64,000 nucleotides of DNA from Pirellulales bacterium (lineage in GTDB: Bacteria; Planctomycetota; Planctomycetia; Pirellulales; JALHPA01): positions 5,616,917 through 5,680,916 of the forward strand of contig CAWHJG010000002.1 of the NCBI GenBank assembly GCA_963829655.1, written 5' to 3'. The notes below the pieces were generated by a model that saw nothing but the letters and a program-made list of their open reading frames with translations, had not been told where the DNA came from and searched no databases. The number at the start of each line of letters is the position of its first letter. Position 1 is the first letter of the stretch. Position numbers and translations under genes: made by a program. Positions 45,109 through 56,243 of the stretch are shown here, one piece after another.

Positions 45109-47736
45109 TTAAGCCATACTCTGGAAAAGTTTCGCCGCGTCCAACATACCGAATCCGAATCCTTCGTGGTGCAGATTCGAGAAATTCTTCACTGTGCGCA
45201 ATAGCGCGGCCCGAAGCTGGCGCGCGTTGTACTGGGGTGCGCCAGGCGTGGGGTGCTTATGGCGACGTGATAATACAAGGGCAAGCGCACCAGTCACGTG
45301 AGGCGCTGCCATGCTCGTTCCGGTCATCGGGACAACATCCTGAGAACCACTGTTCGCTCTAGCCGCGACGATCTGAAAGCCGGGCGCACGCACGTCGGGC
45401 TTGGGGCGTCCATCTCGCGTGAGTCCGAACGAAGACGAGTCGGTCAATTGTAGCGGGCTCGACGCTCGGCAAGCGCCGACGGTCACGACTGTGTCGGCCG
45501 TCCCCGGGACGCTCAGCGTCATTTGAGGTTCTTCATTCTCATATCGAATGGCCCGAGTCTCGTCGCGCTCCACCCATATATCCACGTTGCCGTTCCGACT
45601 GCGGATGTTCATGCCCACGACTCGCAGCGTCCATATACCCGTTTGGATCGCGCCGGCTTGCGGAATGATTGTGACCACTAGTCGTGTATCACCGTTGTCG
45701 GGATGCAGCTCAGTTAACTTTAAGTGACACAGATTTCCCCCGAGGGCTTGCCTGACTTCGGGATTGTTTCGGGAAACGGTGGCTGACTCGTTCTGCGCTG
45801 GGTCGATGAGCATAAACGTGAGTTCATCGAGTGAGCTGTACCATACCTCCATGTAATCCTGAAATCGAAGCGTGTTTGACGACACCCAACTAATGGGTAC
45901 CATTCCGTTAAATGCCCGCACGCGCGTGACCTCCGAAACCGCGTTCGTTGCCGGCCGATTTCACAATCACGTAGCCGGGATCACGCCCGCCAGCCGAGAG
46001 CGAATCGAACGCGGCCTCCAGAGTGGAGGTTCCATCGTGGGCACCGGCGTTCATCCCCAGGCTCACATTGATAGCGATCGGCAAATCGTTCGACAAGATT
46101 ATGTTGCCCCCTGAAGCTGCCAACTTGAGAAAGTGCAGCGCGTCGACATGGCTATTCGAGTAGCCCAAGCTCGGTGGATCGCCCGGGGATGTTTTCATGT
46201 TAGGCATGACTACCATAATCTTCGCCTCAGGAGCCATGCCGTCGGCGAGGCGTCCCACGGCACGTCCTGCGGCAATGCTTGAGACATGCGATCCATGAAG
46301 CTGCGGGTCGCGAAGTGAGTTCGGCGGGGCCTCGCTCCCAGTTATGAACCTGTTTATCCTGTCGGCCGTGTAGAGTGTCCCGTAGTCCTGGGTAAACCTG
46401 GCGGGATCGACACTCTTCGGTGTTGGTCCGGTACCATCGCGCTGGTTCCAGATTGCAAGGATTCGCGTCTTTCCCTCTGCGTCGCGAAACGCTTCGTGGA
46501 GCACGTCGATGCCGGAATCGATCACGCCAACGATGGCGGAGTCTCCCCTTTCCGACAGGGGTGGACGGTGAATCTGGTCCGCACCGATGAAGGGCAAGGA
46601 GCTGGCTAGTTCGAGCTTCCCGGCGTCACGGCTCGCTTCGATGGAAACCACCTGCGAATCGTTTCGGAGGAGGGCGAGCGTCTCCGGCGACGCTTGAGCC
46701 GACACAAACGTGCCAAACTGGGAGTTAACTTTCAAGTTTGGCGGTGCTTGCCACCGCGAATCCTTAAGCCGCAATAAAACGGGGAGGAGATCCGGCGTGA
46801 CGATGGGCAGGCCCTCGAATCCTTCGGTCCCTTCGACCGCGGCGTGCTTGAAGCGCTTCGAATTCCACCGGGACGGCGAATTCAGTTGGTCCTTGGGCAA
46901 AGCGCCGAATGGCGGCGATATAGCGATCGAGCTTGTGATCGCTCACACCGGGGATTAGGCCTTCCACGCTCGCTTCGAGCACGGCTTCCGACGATCCGGC
47001 CAAGCTGGTGGCGAGTTGAACCTCCTTGATTTCCCGCTGCATCTCCAGGAATTCGGATTCACTCAAGGGTTGCGGTTCGAGAGCCTCGGCTTCCGCCTCC
47101 GTGGCGGCTTGCTGCAAGTTGCCCTGTCCATCGAAGTGAATGAGTTTGCCGACGTGTTTGAAGCGCGGCGGAACTGCGCGTGACGAGATCGTCGTCGTTC
47201 ACGAAACGGAACAATCGATTGGAATAATTGACAACGAAGAACTGTTCCAGTGCGGAATCGCCGACACGAGGTTGACCATACGTGTAAACCCCGCCAATAT
47301 CAGCCAATTCCTTGAGCTCCGCAGCCGCGATTGTGGCCAGCGCTCCACCTAAACTGTGCCCAGTAATCCAGACTCTCTTATTCGTCGCACCCTCGATCGC
47401 ATTAACGATTGCGCTGTGAACGACCAGATAACCGGTGAGAAAGCCACTATGCACTTTGCCGTACGACCGGGCGGTTCGGATTATCCGCAAATTTGCCAGC
47501 CAGTCGCCGAGACTCTCCGTGCCCCGGAATGCGATCAGAATGGTTTCCTCGGTTTGCGCGACGAAGCCCTGCGTCTCACCGACGTCGAGAAACTTAACGC
47601 TTGAGAAACCCCAACCATGTGTAACAACGTTTTCGACGATCGACTGTTCTTCGTAACTGATCTTGCTCGCGAATGCGAGAGATTGCGCGGCCTGCCATGA
47701 GAATTCGTTGGTTTTAAGTGTGTCGAGTGAGAACAT
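45109..47736 (-). CDS. Class-3 lipase (alpha/beta hydrolase) fused to an S8 subtilase, with three frame breaks
   Basis: The lipase part has FRGTESLGDWLANL...ITGHSLGGALA...FVNDDDLVTR/VPPRFKHVG. An acidic linker follows. The S8 triad contexts are VGVIDSGID, HGSHVSSIAAG and GTSMAAPHVTGALAL. Four listed ORFs (47059..47736, 46764..47117, 45908..46900, 45109..45921) join at ~47180, ~46900 and ~45930. Confidence 0.75.
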
Positions 47737-47780
47737 CGTAAGACCTTGATTTTCGTACCAACATGGCGTTGCAGCGCAAC

Positions 47781-48844
47781 CTATTTTCGTGTTCCGCGAC
47801 GTTGGTTAGCCGAGGCCAGGTAAACTGCTCGCCGCAAACGATTGATGCCTCCCAAGGGTCGATGATCGAGAAGCGAATGCCAGGGACTGAAGAAAAGCTG
47901 TTCGCATGCGTCGACCGCGGTTGTCGAATCGATGTCCTGCTTGGGGATTGTCAACCGAGCCACCCTTCTGAATGGGTATTTGGTGGGCTCCCATCCAAAA
48001 GTTATATCCTCGAGTTTGAGCTCTGCGGCGGTGCCTGAACTTGAACCAAGAAGTCGAATTGATAGGCCTTCTTCTTCAGTTGCTCGGCGAGCACCTTACG
48101 GAGGTAGTTCTCACCGAGAGGGTCAGGTAGCGGAGTGGCAGCGCCGTCGACTGGAACGGCTGAGAACTTCATGACTCGTTTAGGACCAAAGAGGAAGGGG
48201 GCGGCGTAAAGTATGAACTTTCGAGCGGGCTTGTCATGACTGTCTTCTGAATGGTCGCGCTGATCTTCTGAACTTCGCCAAGGCGCGGCGGCGCGATTCG
48301 GCATCTTGGAAAGTGCCAAGCCGAATGCGGGCAGAAACACTTCTGGATTATCTTTGCCGGACAACTGTGCAATAGTGAGTTCGAGATAGTCGGCGACGTT
48401 GGCAAAGGGAAACACGGGAAGATTGACCATCAAGAAGTCTTGCGTGCCCGGTTCATCGGATTCATCGAACACCGGAGCGGATAAACCCCGAATCTTGATC
48501 GCCATTCCTCGGCTGCCGTGCTTGCGATTGGCGACTCCGCCGGAGTCATCGACATCACTGCCCACAAGGGCCGCGGCGTTGGAGAATCGTACCTCTGCGG
48601 CATAGGCCGCGCCAGGCATTGAAAACACCCCAACCCGAAACTCAACAGGCAGCTCCGAGTCGATCTGAAACGAGGCATGCGCACAACCATGTGCTTTCGG
48701 ATGAACGCCGCGGAGGATCTGCGGCTTATCTCTGTAGCGTTGATCGAGAAGTTGAACCATGAGATCTGCGATCTTGCGTATCTGCTCCGCCTCCCCCTTG
48801 GGAGCCGTTTCGAATGGGTGGGCAGACAATGGTTCCGGGTACAT
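47781..48844 (-). CDS. Catalase-related haem protein with one frame break
   Basis: ILRGVHPKAHGCAHASFQI...VRFSNAA...RGMAIKI, and after the break at ~48035, EDITFGWEPTKYPFRRVARLTIPKQDID...FSPWHSLLDHRPLGGINRLRRAVY. I prefer the start at MYPEPLSAHPFE. The family call is by eye. Confidence 0.55.
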
Positions 48845-48930
48845 CGTTTGTTCCACAGTTAGAGCAAGAGCGGCGGTGCGACGACTTGTGTTTTTAAACG
48901 GCCTTGGATTCGGCCGCACACGAACTACGT

Positions 48931-50715
48931 TTATCGAAGCGTTTTCATGTACTCGATCAATGCCAAGCGTTCGCCATCGTTGAAATCGCGCCATGTGCCG
49001 TCTTCCGTTTTCAGCTGAGTGTAATACTTTCCGTCGTGCCCCTGATTGGAGTTGCCGGGGATCAGCTGGCCCGCCTGGTCGACGACGCGGAACTCCAAAG
49101 CACCTTCGGTTTGTTGCGTAGCAAAGCCAACTAGACTCGGATCAAAGGATCGACTTCCCACCCAGAATTGTCTGGGACGATCCTTGGCGGGCCGGAGAAG
49201 GGCGTCCAGGCTTGGAACCGAGCCATTGTGAAGAAAGGGCGCTGTTGCCCAAATGCCGTTGAGCGGGCGCGCTTTGTATGCCAGCGGATTCGGCGGCGCT
49301 GTGCCCGGCACACGGAAACCGTTGATTCTTTGGATCGTTTCCGGATCAATCGCAGGCCGCGAATCGGCAATCTTTCGTTTGATGACGCCGCGCACAGCGA
49401 ACTTAAGAATCTCCGCACGATTTACCGGAGGCGTGCCGGCGGGCATGAGGAAACCTGGATTGGCCTTTCGCGCCGCAAAATTCATTGCCAATGCCGGATC
49501 GGTACCGATGTCCTTTAAGCCGATCATGTGCGTTTTGATGAACTCTTTTCCGAGTGCGTTGGGAGCAGTCCGAGGAAAATCGTTAGTCGCTTCAACTCGG
49601 ATGGAATGACACTTCGCACAGTTCTCAGCAAACATGTCCTTGCCTTCGCGAACGGCATCGTCATTGAGCTCACCCAAAAGGTCCGCCGGCCATGGTGGGG
49701 CTTCTAGTTCATCGATCTGGTCCTCTAGCCAAACTAGATTCTGCAAATGAGCCGTGGACTTGAACTGATTCTCCGGAGGATCAAGCTGCAGATTCACTTG
49801 ACCGAAAACCCCTAGCACTTCACCGATGTTGTGCGCTAACGGATTGTCTGCGGTGCCATTCCACTGGACCCAGTCCAGTTGCGGCGTGTTCCACAAAAAG
49901 GGGTAACTCGCCGGTGCATCGGCCGGGTAATGATTACCCGGAATCTCAAGCGACGTTTCGCAAACCTCATTCAAGATTGAACCAAAAGCGTCCAAGCGAG
50001 CGAAACCATAGGGATGGTTTACCGAGCTGCGGCGCACAAGTTGGTTGAGGACCTTGGAATAGGCATTGAGGCGTTCGCGAAGCGCATCTCGCTCGCCAGT
50101 GTTATAGCCTGTGTCTTTCAACACAACTCTGGCGAAGCGATCCAGCGCATCGTCGTGCTCGTGAGTCGCATTTAAAGCAGCGGAGAGTTCTCGAAGGAAC
50201 CGCTCGACATCTGCCATAGCGGGCCCACCGTCAATGCGTATCGCCTTCGATCCGTACTCGATCTGGGCGGTATGGCAGGCAGCACAGGTGAGCCCTAACC
50301 AAGCGTTGGTCAAAACTGTGTAACTACGGCGATTGAAATGCGATCCCAAGAACGATCGCTTTGCGCTGTAATCCAGAACCGTATCAGGATTGTCGTCCTT
50401 GACAAAGCCAATTGGCAGACCGTCCGGGTTTCGATCCGTGTTGGGCAACTGCGGGATGAACCGCAAGCGCTCCATATTTTCGTTGGACCGAAAAGATTCC
50501 CCTCGGCCCGGTTGTTCCAGCGCCAAGAACCAATCGTAAGGGATCAGCTGCGATCCCTGTGTCGTGTAGTAGAATCTCTGCCGCTCTTCGGCAGACCATC
50601 CTTGCTCAAGGTAGACGGCTTGCTTTTCAGCGGTACCTAGCTGTGGTTCGGCAGCATCCGCCAAAGCACTTGCAGCAAGAGCCAGCAAAACCGCCGTGAG
50701 GTGACCGCGAAACAT
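48931..50715 (-). CDS. Di-haem cytochrome c peroxidase-like protein (secreted)
   Basis: There are two CxxCH motifs (CAACH, CAKCH). A signal-like N-terminus follows the internal start MFRGHLTAVLLALAASALADA. Confidence 0.7.
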   Translation of the reverse strand: MFRGHLTAVLLALAASALADAAEPQLGTAEKQAVYLEQGWSAEERQRFYYTTQGSQLIPYDWFLALEQPGRGESFRSNENMERLRFIPQLPNTDRNPDGLPIGFVKDDNPDTVLDYSAKRSFLGSHFNRRSYTVLTNAWLGLTCAACHTAQIEYGSKAIRIDGGPAMADVERFLRELSAALNATHEHDDALDRFARVVLKDTGYNTGERDALRERLNAYSKVLNQLVRRSSVNHPYGFARLDAFGSILNEVCETSLEIPGNHYPADAPASYPFLWNTPQLDWVQWNGTADNPLAHNIGEVLGVFGQVNLQLDPPENQFKSTAHLQNLVWLEDQIDELEAPPWPADLLGELNDDAVREGKDMFAENCAKCHSIRVEATNDFPRTAPNALGKEFIKTHMIGLKDIGTDPALAMNFAARKANPGFLMPAGTPPVNRAEILKFAVRGVIKRKIADSRPAIDPETIQRINGFRVPGTAPPNPLAYKARPLNGIWATAPFLHNGSVPSLDALLRPAKDRPRQFWVGSRSFDPSLVGFATQQTEGALEFRVVDQAGQLIPGNSNQGHDGKYYTQLKTEDGTWRDFNDGERLALIEYMKTLR

Positions 50716-51283
50716 CGTTTCACCGTGAGAGAGAGTTTCTCGACGCAACCCTGCCGCCAAAACTCGCCAAACACTGTGCTGCATTGGCTGATCGTCGCTG
50801 ACAGACGTCGCATTCAGCTCCGGCGAATGCCTTAAAGCTCCAGGCGGTATGCCACAGCTAGAAGCGGTAGCTGCCGACGCTCGCGGAAAAAAACTAACTC
50901 GAAGCGTCGCGAACTGTCAGTAGCCTCTCAAGCTAGCAATGTCGTAGCATACGTCAAGATACCGCAAGTGTTCGCTTACGGGTCTCACAAAGATCACGAT
51001 CTGGGATACTTGACCACTTTTCGGCGACAGACATGTGGCACACGACGTCATTAGGACGGCCGTTACAGTTGAAAGGACCATTGGAGCGCAAACCGCCTCG
51101 TTGAACATTGGCAATGTCGAAATGACATACGCCGGTCACCAAAACACTCTGGCGGGTCGTTGTTTTGGAGAATTAGCTGTCCGGTTTGTGAGTCCAAATG
51201 CGACAACCTACGGCACAGTCTATTCGCGTGGATGCCTGTTCGTGTCGTCTTCACGAATCGCCCGTTGTGTTTACCTCTACGAG

Positions 51284-51882
51284 ATGCGAAGGTCGGGGCT
51301 GCGCCTCAATATAGACGAGGTGGCAGATACTTTGCACGTCAGTCGAAGAACCATCTTCCGCGACCTGAAGTCGTTACAGCGTGTGACCCAGGAATTGGGA
51401 ATTCCAGCCGCAAATCGCAGCCCGCCCCGTACGGACAATCAATGCGCCCAGCTCCGGCTATCGTTAGAGGAAACCATTGCACTTGCTCTTTCTGCAAAGC
51501 TAACCGTATTTAAGGGACTTACAGACGTCTCCGAATCTATTAACACGGCTGTAATGAAACTCTTGGCAAATCTCCCCGCCGACGAACGCGACGAAGCGGC
51601 TCAGCTCATCAACGCTTGTACCGTAACCGAGCCATCCGTTCCGAACCTTGAGAACCATGACGTATTGCGCGCGATCTTGGCGGCTTTCGACGTGGAAATA
51701 CCCTCTTATTAAAATACCAGGACGAGTCCGCGAAATGCCGACAGACTAGATTCGTTCCCCATCGTGTCCATTCGTCGCAGGCGGGGTGGCACGTAGAGGG
51801 CCGACTTGTAGGCCGCCAAACACACGTCGAAATCGATCTGGACAAGATCATGTCTGTCGATCCGGTTGATCAAACTGCATAG
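51284..51882 (+). CDS. HTH-WYL transcriptional regulator with one frame break
   Basis: The HTH is LNIDEVADTLHVSRRTIFRDLKSLQ. After the break at ~51686 the WYL-like part reads RRGNTLLLKYQDESAKCRQTRFVPHRVHSSQAGWHVEGRLV...EIDLDKIMSV. Its 3' end overlaps the convergent GT stop codon by ~13 nt. Confidence 0.6.
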
Positions 51883-53080
51883 CCGCGACGGCGACCGGAC
51901 GCTACTTCTAACCAGCCAAACTCTCGACTTTGCCTACCGCACAGCGCAACGCAGAATCTGCGCAAAAACGACCGATGACGCTCGGCGAACATCGTTGCGC
52001 CATTCGACTCCAATGCTGCCGCTAGCGCAGCTTCGAGGCTCATCCGTGGAGAGCCTCGCGCGTCGGGGTATAAGACACGTCCCGCCGATAACCGTTCAAC
52101 GCACCGTGCGATAAGCAGCTGCTCAAGAACCATTGGTACGTGAACACTGGGCTTACCTCCAAGCAGCACTGAGGCTGTTGCACCATGTGTTCCATTGAGA
52201 ATTGCAATATCGGCTTGATTTATTGCCGCTGCGATATCAACAGGTTCCGCGCACACGCGAACGAAACGAGTGCGGTCATGGCCGGATCCCGGGGCGGCAC
52301 CGGTGTAGAGAACCGTCGCGATCTCCAGCCGCGACAGCTCCTTTACTACGAGGTCAGTAATCGGCGACGGCTTAAGATATGCCAAAGCGCGCATCTTCCC
52401 GGCCGGCCACTCTACCGCTCGACCCCGCAAGGGAGGAAACACACCAACGTACTCCGCAGACAACCTGTTTCCGAAATGATCCAGTTCCGGGAAAGTCGCC
52501 AGAATATTGCTTTCCACGTGGGCAAATAGTTCCGAAACTCGTTTAACGGATGGCCGAGACTGCGCGAGTCGAATCCGGTTGATGTTTTGCACCACAACAG
52601 TCGCTGAGGCAGAGACGTCTTTGACGCCAAGCCAGGGGCGAAGATCAACGGTGTCTGCAGTTGATTCGGGGCAATAGAAGCCAATTCCAAGCACACATCG
52701 ACTGGCTTTCGTTGCACCGGCCGCTAGTAATGCGGTGGGACTGTGATCAAAGACAATTACGTCTGGGCTGACGAGTTGGTAAATCGATTTCCAAGCAGCT
52801 ACCAAAGCACTCAAGTCCTCGAACGACCCGAATCCCACATTAAAAAGAATGTCCGCGAACGTTCTCGGGATTTGAATAGCGTCCCTAACTTCATTAACTG
52901 GAACGGGCACGGGCAGTAGGCGAACTCAATCCCCCGCAATACTCGGCCAGCCCGCGTTATGTCGCGTGCGGCGACAAACACTTCGTGGCCCCGGCTCACG
53001 AGTGCGATGGCTAGTTGACGCAATGGCACAAGATGACCAAGTCCAGCGCCTAATTCCCAAGTCAATAACATGCGCGCCAT
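51870..53080 (-). CDS. GT-B fold glycosyltransferase, paralog 3, with one frame break
   Basis: MARMLLTWELGAGLGHLVPL...GIEFAY / LPVPVPVNEV...VFDHSPTALLAA...ILNGTHGATASVLLGGKPSVHVPMVLEQLLIARCVE. ORFs 52811..53080 and 51870..52910 join at ~52915. Confidence 0.7.
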
Positions 53081-53087
53081 GCTGTCC

Positions 53088-53858
53088 TCAACCGACCGTG
53101 TCCGATGCAGTTTCCGATGTCAGACCATCCAAGTCGGTGACGACGGCTGTGACGATTCCCTGTGCGTCCGGTTCCAGAACGACGGTGATGCTGAACGTGC
53201 CATCGGCGGCGACGCTTGCAGTTTGGCCAGATAGGAGTCCGCCGAAGTTAACCGTGAGTCCTTCGACCGATTCATCGTCTTGAACGCTTCCCGAAAAGGT
53301 CCATCCATTCGGACCTTGTACTCCCTGAAAATTCATGATCGACGGGCACGTCCCTCCATAGCCGCCGTAGCCACCATAGCTATTGGCGCTCACGTCTCCA
53401 AATCCGGCGAGCGACTCAATCGCAACATCACCTACTATTTCACCCCATGGTGCGCCAAGACCGAGAGTTTGGGCACGGCCTGACAATTCGCTCGTATGCT
53501 CCACTCGTGGCACAGAATCCCCCGCGCCTCCGACGAGAACGGGGGCCGCTTGGTCGGCCCCGTCGTCCTTGGATTGCGTGTATGACATTGCCGTTAATGT
53601 TTCGATCGGAACGCTCGCTTCGCCTCCAGTGATTGAACTCGTGTTGATGGCTGCCTCGGCAATGTTCACGGGGAGCGCTGGCTCGACGGTTAGTGGATAT
53701 GCAACCGTTTGATCGACCGCAATTTCGAGATCAGCAGCCAACACCCTGCGTGCGCTGAGCGTCTCGAAAACAGCAATTCGCCTCCGCTGCAAATAGTTCC
53801 TACGCGTGCTGAAACGATGCCACCAAGATCGCAAGAACGTCCGATGCGCACGCGACAT
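53088..53858 (-). CDS. Hypothetical secreted protein with an arginine-rich 'FETLSARRVLAADL' N-terminus
   Basis: The start is MSRAHRTFLRSWWHRFSTRRNYLQRRRIAVFETLSARRVLAADL. It has a Gly/Tyr-rich stretch and an Ig-like C-terminal segment. It ends 8 nt before the GT paralog 3 start. Confidence 0.55.
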   Translation of the reverse strand: MSRAHRTFLRSWWHRFSTRRNYLQRRRIAVFETLSARRVLAADLEIAVDQTVAYPLTVEPALPVNIAEAAINTSSITGGEASVPIETLTAMSYTQSKDDGADQAAPVLVGGAGDSVPRVEHTSELSGRAQTLGLGAPWGEIVGDVAIESLAGFGDVSANSYGGYGGYGGTCPSIMNFQGVQGPNGWTFSGSVQDDESVEGLTVNFGGLLSGQTASVAADGTFSITVVLEPDAQGIVTAVVTDLDGLTSETASDTVG

Positions 53859-54052
53859 AGAGAGTTTCCCTCCAGCTTGCTCTCCCGTCAGAACAGGTAA
53901 CGCGCAAAGGCCAGTTCTGTGGCCGTCCGACGGAAGACGATTCAAAACGAATCGCTACCCATCGCATCAGTCGCAGGCTGGAGGAGAAAACGGACAGAGT
54001 GGCAGCGGCCGAGGGCACAGGCCCCTCTAATTTCAACGGATGTCCTGCTCGC

Positions 54053-56243
54053 CTAATCCAAGAGGTTGGGGCAGGGATTTAGCACGACTGAAGGCGGCTC
54101 GTTCCGCAATTTGCCGGGTACACGCTCTAATAAAAGCTTGCCTCTTGCGCCGGACGTGAGCTCCTCCAGCAACGGGTAGTCAAGAGATAGCCGACGTGGG
54201 TCGTAACCAAAATCGATCGCCTGGGCAACGTGCCCCTCTGCTTTCTCCAGGCGATTGGTGCGGACCGACAAGTACCAGATGCAGGCTGCGGACAGATGGA
54301 GATTGGACCCGTCGGCGCCGCTAGCTAGTGTGCGCTCAATGTCATCGATGGCTAAATCTGTGATCGGCTGCTTTTTTCGCATTGCAGTCTTCAGTGCCAG
54401 TTTCGCTCGATTATGGTAAGCCGAATGCAACTCCGGGTTCAATTCAATCGACGCATCCAGGTATTGCTTTGCTCGATCGAGAGTACCTTCATTCGTGCAG
54501 TGATGTCCAAGGTTGTTCAACACTCGATCCGTCCTGTATCCTTCACTGATGGCGCGAGGTACAACCCAATAGCCTCATTGTAATTCTTTCGAAGGCTCAT
54601 GCAGTAGCCCATGCAGGCTAGGATCTGCGGGTCATGCGTTCGTTCATACAGCCGCGCGTACTCATCGTAGGCGGACTGAAGTTGTCCCATCGCCTGCCGG
54701 GTGCGAGCGATGCACCAGAAGACCGTGGTTAGAGTGTGGAGCGAGTCGCTTCACTTCTTCCAACTTTTCGACCGCAGGCTGCCATTCAGAGGCTCTGTAT
54801 AGTGCCAGGCCTTCGTCAAGTAGGCGTTGCTCGTACGGCTGTTGGCTTCCGACCAGGTAACCTCCCCCAACGACAGCAACCAGCAAGCAGGAGGTCAGCA
54901 TCCCGGCATGAAGCGGCTTCACCCGAGCCCAACGCTCGAATCTCGCCACCGGTCGCAAGGCGCGGGCAACGCTCCCGCCAGCTCCGCTGCGCTTTGAAAT
55001 CGCTCCTCACGATTGAATGCCAAGCACCGTCGAATCAGCCTCACAACGGCACGATCCGAGCGGATGGTCCTGAGCGTTGAAAAGTCGTGCCTGCTTTCTG
55101 CCGCTCAAGCAATTCGAGTCCAACACGTTTGATTGACGCGTCTCTCGACACTGATCCGAACGGAGACACGCCTGTCAGGATTTCGAAAAGCATCACGCCT
55201 ACGGAGAAGACGTCAGCCCGCCAATCGACCGCGCCGCCATCCTCATCTATCATTGCCTGGACCTGCTCTGGAGCCATGTAGGGCAATGTTCCTCCAATTC
55301 GACGTAGGTTCTGACTCGCTTTACTCGACAAATTGAAGTCAAGTAGCATCGGCCGTCCGTCGTTGGCCAACAGAACGTTGGACGGCTTAAGATCGAGGTG
55401 GCAAATGCCCTGGGAATGAAGATACGCGAGCGCATCCGCGACTTGAGCGAATTGACTGAGCAGGCAATCGACGAACGGTCGCCGATTAAGCAAGCACAAG
55501 CCTTTTGATTCGTTTTCACCAACTTTAGCGTTACGGCAACGAATAGCATCCGCAAAAACGGTCCCACGAGTGGGACGCGTCACCAAGTTATTCAGTTTGT
55601 CGAGAACGTCCTCGAACGTCGTTAATCCAAAATAAGGCATACAGATTACTGTCAGGCCGCTAACCTCATCGATCTGTATCGAGTACGCGGGTACGACGTT
55701 AGTGTGCTGTAACGGTCCGTGAATGACCGCCTCTTCATCGCCTTCTTGCGATACCTTTACGACAACTTGGCGATTGCCCATCGACACTTCGTTTGCTAAG
55801 TACACCCGCCCGATCGCACCTCGGCCGATTTCCTCGATAAGCCGAAAGCCGCAAAGTTCCTGGGAAGGCATGGGCCAAACGTCTTCAGAACACTCATCCA
55901 CTCCCCCGAAGACCTGATGAACCTCCAGTCTTCGGCGAACCGATGAGCGAAAGTCCGGAAATTTATCGCAGAAGGCCGCGATTGTAATTGATTCGCCCGA
56001 CTGCTCGCGTAGGCAGAATTCTTCATACGCGAGGTCCAGCACAACGCTCTTTCGGAGTAGTTCCGGGTGCTGAATTATTTCTCGCGTGGCGTCCGGAATG
56101 GTGCCTCTCTGCCAGCTGTCCTTGATCTGCTGAACGAGACGCATGCGCGCGCCCACATCGCCCTTTTTTGCAGATGCAACAGTGTCCTCAGAACTCGACC
56201 GTCTACGCCTCGTCACTGGAATGCTCCGCCCAAAGATCATCAA
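54053..56243 (-). CDS. Ser/Thr protein kinase with a TM segment and C-terminal TPR repeats; four frame breaks
   Basis: Kinase motifs are GRGAIGRVYLA, HLDLKPSNVLL and GTLPYMAPEQ. The sequence continues RLIRRCLAFNREERFQSAAELA / LRPVARFERW...TM.../ FWCIARTRQAMGQLQSAYDEY.../ ISEGYRTDRVLNNLGHHCTNEG..., with breaks at ~55052, ~54960, ~54725 and ~54555. Confidence 0.75.

Noticed and set aside
48845-48994. The N-terminal 50 residues of the listed catalase-related ORF, which starts at 48994.
   Set aside because: This extension overlaps the 3' end of the di-haem peroxidase gene and is basic and non-conserved in appearance. The conserved region begins right after the internal Met at 48844.
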